37,267 bases of DNA, taken from assembly GCF_000315625.1 (NCBI RefSeq), contig NW_005434431.1:26996-64262 (forward strand), in the 5' to 3' direction. The DNA comes from Guillardia theta CCMP2712. Lineage: Eukaryota; Protista; Cryptophyta. Each line of letters opens with the position of its first letter. Position 1 is the first letter of the stretch. Both the position numbers and the translations under genes were made by a program. The notes beneath the pieces are model-generated. The model saw only the letters and a program-made list of their open reading frames with translations, was not told where the DNA came from and did not search any database. Below are positions 32,680-37,267 of the stretch, piece by piece.

Positions 32680-33775
32680 TGTCACGTTGACATCCATCAC
32701 ATTCCGTCGGACACTGGCAGATCGGCATGCGGTGGGCCATGGAGATAGCAGTCGAGCATCTGAGCATAGCGGTGCGGGAAGGCCTTGAGGGGATAGTAGC
32801 TCGAGACTCGCATAGCGGTGCGGAAAGGCCTTGAGGGGATAGTAGCTCGAGACTCAGCTACGTCCTGCGTCATCAGGCACAGCAGCCGGGGCAGGTGGGA
32901 TCGCCGCGCCATCTGCAGCCGGTGCAGGAGCCTTCACACGACGGTATGCTTCTGGGCACGGAGAGATCTCGAGCAGTGATGAGGAGAGGGCAGCGTCCGT
33001 GACATTGGCTGGTCAGAGTACCAAGCCTTGAAGCGAGGAAGCGAGCGATAGCCGTATAGTAAACAGCGGGGTGTAGACCCTCAGAGGGCGTGAACTCGTC
33101 CCCTCCCCGACTATGCGGAAGCTCCCGCTTGAACCTCGCAAACTCTAGCAGGTCGGGATGCGCAGAGAGGTACTGCGAGGAAGGCCAGCGGTGGTATTTC
33201 TCAAGCGCCAGGTGGACAGAGAGGTCAAAGCGACGAATCTGTGACTGGACCCGCGGGAGAAACGGAGATGACCCCTGGAGGAAGAAGCGGAGCTTCTGGA
33301 GATGGCTCGCCCTCACCAGCGTCTTGAACATGAAGCCATGCTGGACGAGCCCGAGCTTCGAGAGCTCTTCGTTGAGGGTAGAACTTCGGAAACCTTCGCT
33401 CGGAGCTGACTGGCTAGCATGAAATCCATCGGTGCCGATAGGCAGGCCGCCAAGTGTAATCCCGCCAGTGACGACCTCGAAGTGAAGAAGTTGAGTCTTG
33501 AGACGGCGCTTAAGGCTCTTCGTAAATCCATTAGCCTTCTTCAGCTGCGAGAGATCAGGGTGTTGATTCAGTAGGAGGGGATGTAAACTTTCGACTCGCG
33601 AGGTTGAATCTCTAGCTTCAGATCAGCCAACATGCATAGGATTTACTGGCAGAAGGTAAAAAGTGCCTCAAGCAAAACAAAGCAGGAACAAGCTGAACCT
33701 CCAGGCACACAGCGCACAGCGAGAAGCTGCACAATCACACACAAAACACAAGCCCGAAAAGAACCAGCACTGCTT
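32680..33775 (-). mobile_element. CRE-like retrotransposon fragments on the minus strand: a 3' end (33635-33775) joined to a 5'-truncated, internally deleted RT-thumb to Zn-knuckle segment
   Basis: MLADLKLEIQPRESKVYIP, and MFKTLVRASHLQKLRFF... which is near-identical to 36355-36545. MPICQCPTECDGC. Confidence 0.85.
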
Positions 33776-33789
33776 GCACCCAGACGCGT

Positions 33790-34290
33790 CTTGCAGTCTA
33801 CCATCTTCGCTCATTTCCTGAGCGAGACCTGAGCCACTCTCCGATGCGAGTCTCGAGCTACTACCCCCTCAAGGCCTTCCCGCACCGCTATGCTCAGATG
33901 CTCGACTGCTATCTCCATGGCATGCCGATCTGCCAGTGTCCGACGAAATGTGATGGATGTCAGCGCGAGCTCGATCCCTCCGTTGCTGCACATCATCTCC
34001 AGACCTGCAAACGCTGGTCTTCAGAGCGTCATCGATACAGTGGGGGATCCTCGTTCTCGACGGCAGGTACCCTCCCATCCTCATGGCCGCAAGATGAAGG
34101 GCGATATCCACATCCCTGGAATCCGCGATCGAGGGTCCGAGCAGTACGAGGGCTTGATGGCGGACGTGACGTTGGTCCACCCTTACATTGGTAGCTCTGC
34201 CGACCTGACCAAGTGGGGGGAAGTCAACCTCGACGCCCTCCATGTTGCAGCGTCTGAGAAGATTCGCAAACATCGCGCTGCATATGCTAT
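33790..34290 (+). mobile_element. CRE-like retrotransposon C-terminal fragment: Zn knuckle + restriction-like endonuclease
   Basis: CDGC...HHLQTC, then KGDIHI...MADVTLVHP...AASEKIRKH (PD-D-K type RLE). The first ~150 bp recur at 37118-37266. Confidence 0.8.
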
Positions 34291-34453
34291 GCCTCTATGC
34301 CAATGGTCCTACCAAGGACGCGCTTATCAAGCGCCAGTGCCGACGTTTCTTGAAGGGTGAATGGAAAGCTCTTTTCAAGCGCTATCTGCCTGCTGCAGAA
34401 ACCCATGGGAAGAAGCAAGCAAAGGGGGCGCGGCAGCCTTCACCGCCCCAAGG

Positions 34454-34454
<1 letters not shown>

Positions 34455-34527
<73 letters not shown>

Positions 34528-34875
34528 TTCGGCGGTCACCTCGGCACCTGCAGCCCTCGTCCCTCCCACAGCAGCAGCTGCAGGAGTCCGAGCAGCTGCA
34601 ACCGCCCCAGCAGCCCTCGCGAGGGCGGCGGCAACGGAAAAAACAGCAACGGCGGCGGCAGCCACATCCGCAGCCGCCGCAGCCGCAGCCGCAGCCGCAG
34701 CCGCAGCCGCAGCCGCAACACCACCGCCACCAGCAGCAACCGCAGCAGCCGCAGCCGCAGCCGCAGCACCCGCGTCAGCAGCAGCAGCAACCGCAGCAGC
34801 AGCAGCAGCAGCAGCAACGCCAGCGTCAGCAGCAGCAGCAGCAGCAGCAGCAACACCAGCAACAGCAGCGACCAC
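34455..34875 (+). repeat. (CAG)n/(CAGCCG)n microsatellite encoding poly-Q/QP inside the retroelement ORF
   Basis: About 23 uninterrupted CAG plus mixed CAG/CCG/CAA arrays, in frame with FLKGEW. Confidence 0.95.
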
Positions 34876-35700
34876 AACCGCGCGGGCCGAGGGAGCAGCG
34901 GCAGTCCGGCCAATCGTCTCAGGAGTCTGAGCCTGCTCCTCCGCCGCGACCTACGCTGTCCCTCACCTCTGCGAGCGAGCGCCAACGACAGGCATCAGTT
35001 CACTGCGGGTGACCTTCATCGGGCGGTACGGACACTACTGAGCTCCGGCATCTACAAGGCTGAATCTTTCGCTGATCTTCTTGCTGAAGCACAAGAGAAG
35101 TTCCCTGATGGTGCGTCGCCTGCCTTTGGAAGTGCTTCCGCGGATCATCTCACCCAGCAAGCGCTTGCAGTGCTGCAGGTGGATTTGACTGACATCCTCG
35201 ACACCACTAGCCTGATCCAGGCGATCAAGCGCTACAGCTCCTTTGCGGGGACCGATGACCAAGGGTGCCAGGATTCGGCAACACCTGTCACCCCTTTCTA
35301 GTCATCCTGCAGCTTTGAAGCTCTACTGCCAACAGCTATAGGATTTATTGGCAGAAGGTAAAAAGTGCCTCAAGCAAAACAAAGGGTCCTTCTTGGCCGG
35401 ATGCCGGATCTTCTTATTCCTGCCCTGTCAGCCATTCGTCGAGGAGGCAGATTTATTCCCCTCTCCAAGGGAGCTGATAAACCTGGTCTCCGGCCAATTG
35501 TCATCGGTTCTGCACACCGTCGACTCGCGACGAAGCTTGCTTTGGCAGGGATTCGCTCATTTCTTGACCAGCACTTCCTCTCGTCTCACCCTCGAGCGAT
35601 TCAGTTCGGGCTCGATCGAGACGGCTGTCTGAAGTTCTCGCAAACCGCGTCAGCGCTCCTGCCCCTTCACGCTCGCGGTGATGATGAGGATGTGCCAACC

Positions 35701-35800
35701 NNNNNNNNNNNNNNNNNNNNNNNNNNNNNNNNNNNNNNNNNNNNNNNNNNNNNNNNNNNNNNNNNNNNNNNNNNNNNNNNNNNNNNNNNNNNNNNNNNNN
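35701..35800. other. Assembly gap (100 N, size probably nominal)
   Basis: Run of N. Confidence 1.
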
Positions 35801-37267
35801 CCGCCAGGCTCTCTTCGATGCAATCGAGGGACGTGCGAGTCGCGACTACTTTGATGGGAGCATCACTGAAGGCGCAAGCTTGCCCTCTTGCGAGCATCTC
35901 CGTTTGTTCGCCTCCTACCTCTCCAGCTACTATGGAGACTCTGCTGACCTTCGACTCTTTCACAAAAGTCAGTCAGCCTCCGTTCAGTGTACCTCGGGCG
36001 TCTGTCAGGGCGATGTCCCCTCCAGCGTGTTTTTCTGCCACAGTATCCACCCCCTGCTCCTCCATATCGCAGAGCTTTTTCCCTCTGTTCGAGTCTTGGC
36101 CTATGCTGACAACGCTCGCGAGTCGAAAGTTTACATCCCCTCCTGGCATCAACACCCTGATCTCTCGCAGCTGAAGAAGAGCCTTAAGCGCCGTCTCAAG
36201 ACTCAACTCCTTCACTTCGAGGTCGTCACTGGCGGGATTACACTTGGCGGCCTGCCTATCGGCACGGATGGATTTCATGCTAGTCAGCTCCGAGCGAAGG
36301 TCTCTACCCTCAACGACGAGCTCTCGAAGCTCGGGCTCGTCCAGCATGGCTTCATGTTCAAGACGCTGGTGAGGGCGAGCCATCTCCAGAAGCTCCGCTT
36401 CTTCCTCCAGGGGTCATCTCCGTTTCTCCCGCGGGTCCAGTCACAGATTCGTCGCTTTGACCTCTCTGTCCACCTGGCGCTTGAGAAATACCACCGCTGG
36501 CCTTCCTCGCAGTACCTCGCCGCGCATCCCGACCTGCTAGAGTTTGCCGCAGGTTCAAGCGGGAGCTTCCGCATAGTCGGGGAGGGGACGAGTTCACGCC
36601 CTCTGAGGGTCTACACCCCGCTGTTTACTATACGGCTATCGCTCGCTTCCTCGCTTGGTACTCTGACCAGCCCATGTCCCGGATGTTGCCCTCTCCTCAT
36701 AGCCTGGACGTTCACTGCTCGAGATCTCTCCGTGCCCAGAAGCATCCTCTGGCGACCTTCTTCGTTGAGGCGCACGACTTCGTTCATAATGCTGGAGCGA
36801 TCCTCTACCGTCGTGTGAAGGCTCCTGCACCGGCTGCAGATGGCGCGGCGATCCCACCTGCCCCGGCTGCTGTGCCTGATGACGCAGGACGCCCCCCGGC
36901 ATCTGTGGTACACATCCCTGGTTTGCGCGCTCTCGTCGACTCGTCTCATGAGCACTTCAAGCTTCATTCCTCCGCCTGCGCAGCGAAATGTGACCCCTCT
37001 TGTCATGCGCGTCTTCCCTCGCCATGTGCATGCTCGCGCTGCGCTGACCGATCAGCAGCGTGATAACCTCACCTTGCACAGCCGCAGGACACACTCGCTC
37101 AAGTCGCAGGATAGGGTCTTGCAGTCTACCATCTTCGCTCATTTTCCTGAGCGAGACCTGAGCCACTCTCCGATGCGAGTCTCGAGCTACTACCCCCTCA
37201 AGGCCTTCCCGCACCCCTATGCTCAGATGCTCGACTGCTATCTCCATGGCATGCCGATCTGCCAGTA

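Larger units (their letters stand above)
34290..37267 (+). mobile_element. Degenerate near-full-length CRE-clade non-LTR retrotransposon (reverse transcriptase), frameshifted, running off the window
   Basis: RRFLKGEWKAL, GDLHRAVRTLLSSG, FIPLSK..PGLRPIVIG..RRL, QFG, GVCQGDVPSSVFF, AYADN and LGGLPIG. These motifs are characteristic of CRE/SLACS/Cnl1-type RTs. Confidence 0.85.

Overview
Eukaryotic nuclear DNA. It has GC-rich coding exons, many short GT/GC-AG introns with CTGAC-type branch points, and low-complexity introns. This style resembles a cryptophyte such as Guillardia theta (inference, not verified). There are three assembly gaps. Left to right: an AT-richer block with a small unknown ORF convergent on a GNAT acetyltransferase; a large EF-hand/cNMP/Cys-rich signalling protein; a DegT-family PLP aminotransferase; DEAD-box helicase DBP10/DDX54; three paralogous 64-69 aa micro-ORFs sharing [NS]FVLxNILxAR; a signal-peptide-bearing SET-domain protein with degenerate catalytic motifs; a C2+TPR protein; a TPR-like protein; a cNMP-homology/mitochondrial-carrier-like fusion; a coiled-coil hypothetical; a kinesin; and a ~5.4 kb nest of scrambled CRE-clade (RT + restriction-like endonuclease) non-LTR retrotransposon fragments. 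The best leads are the microprotein family, a thrice-repeated EF-hand-pair + H-x9-C-x3-C-x2-C module, the CNB-carrier fusion, the secretory pseudo-SET protein, branch-point-bearing intronic minisatellites and self-insertion of the retroelement 3' end. Exon boundaries were read by eye and are approximate.
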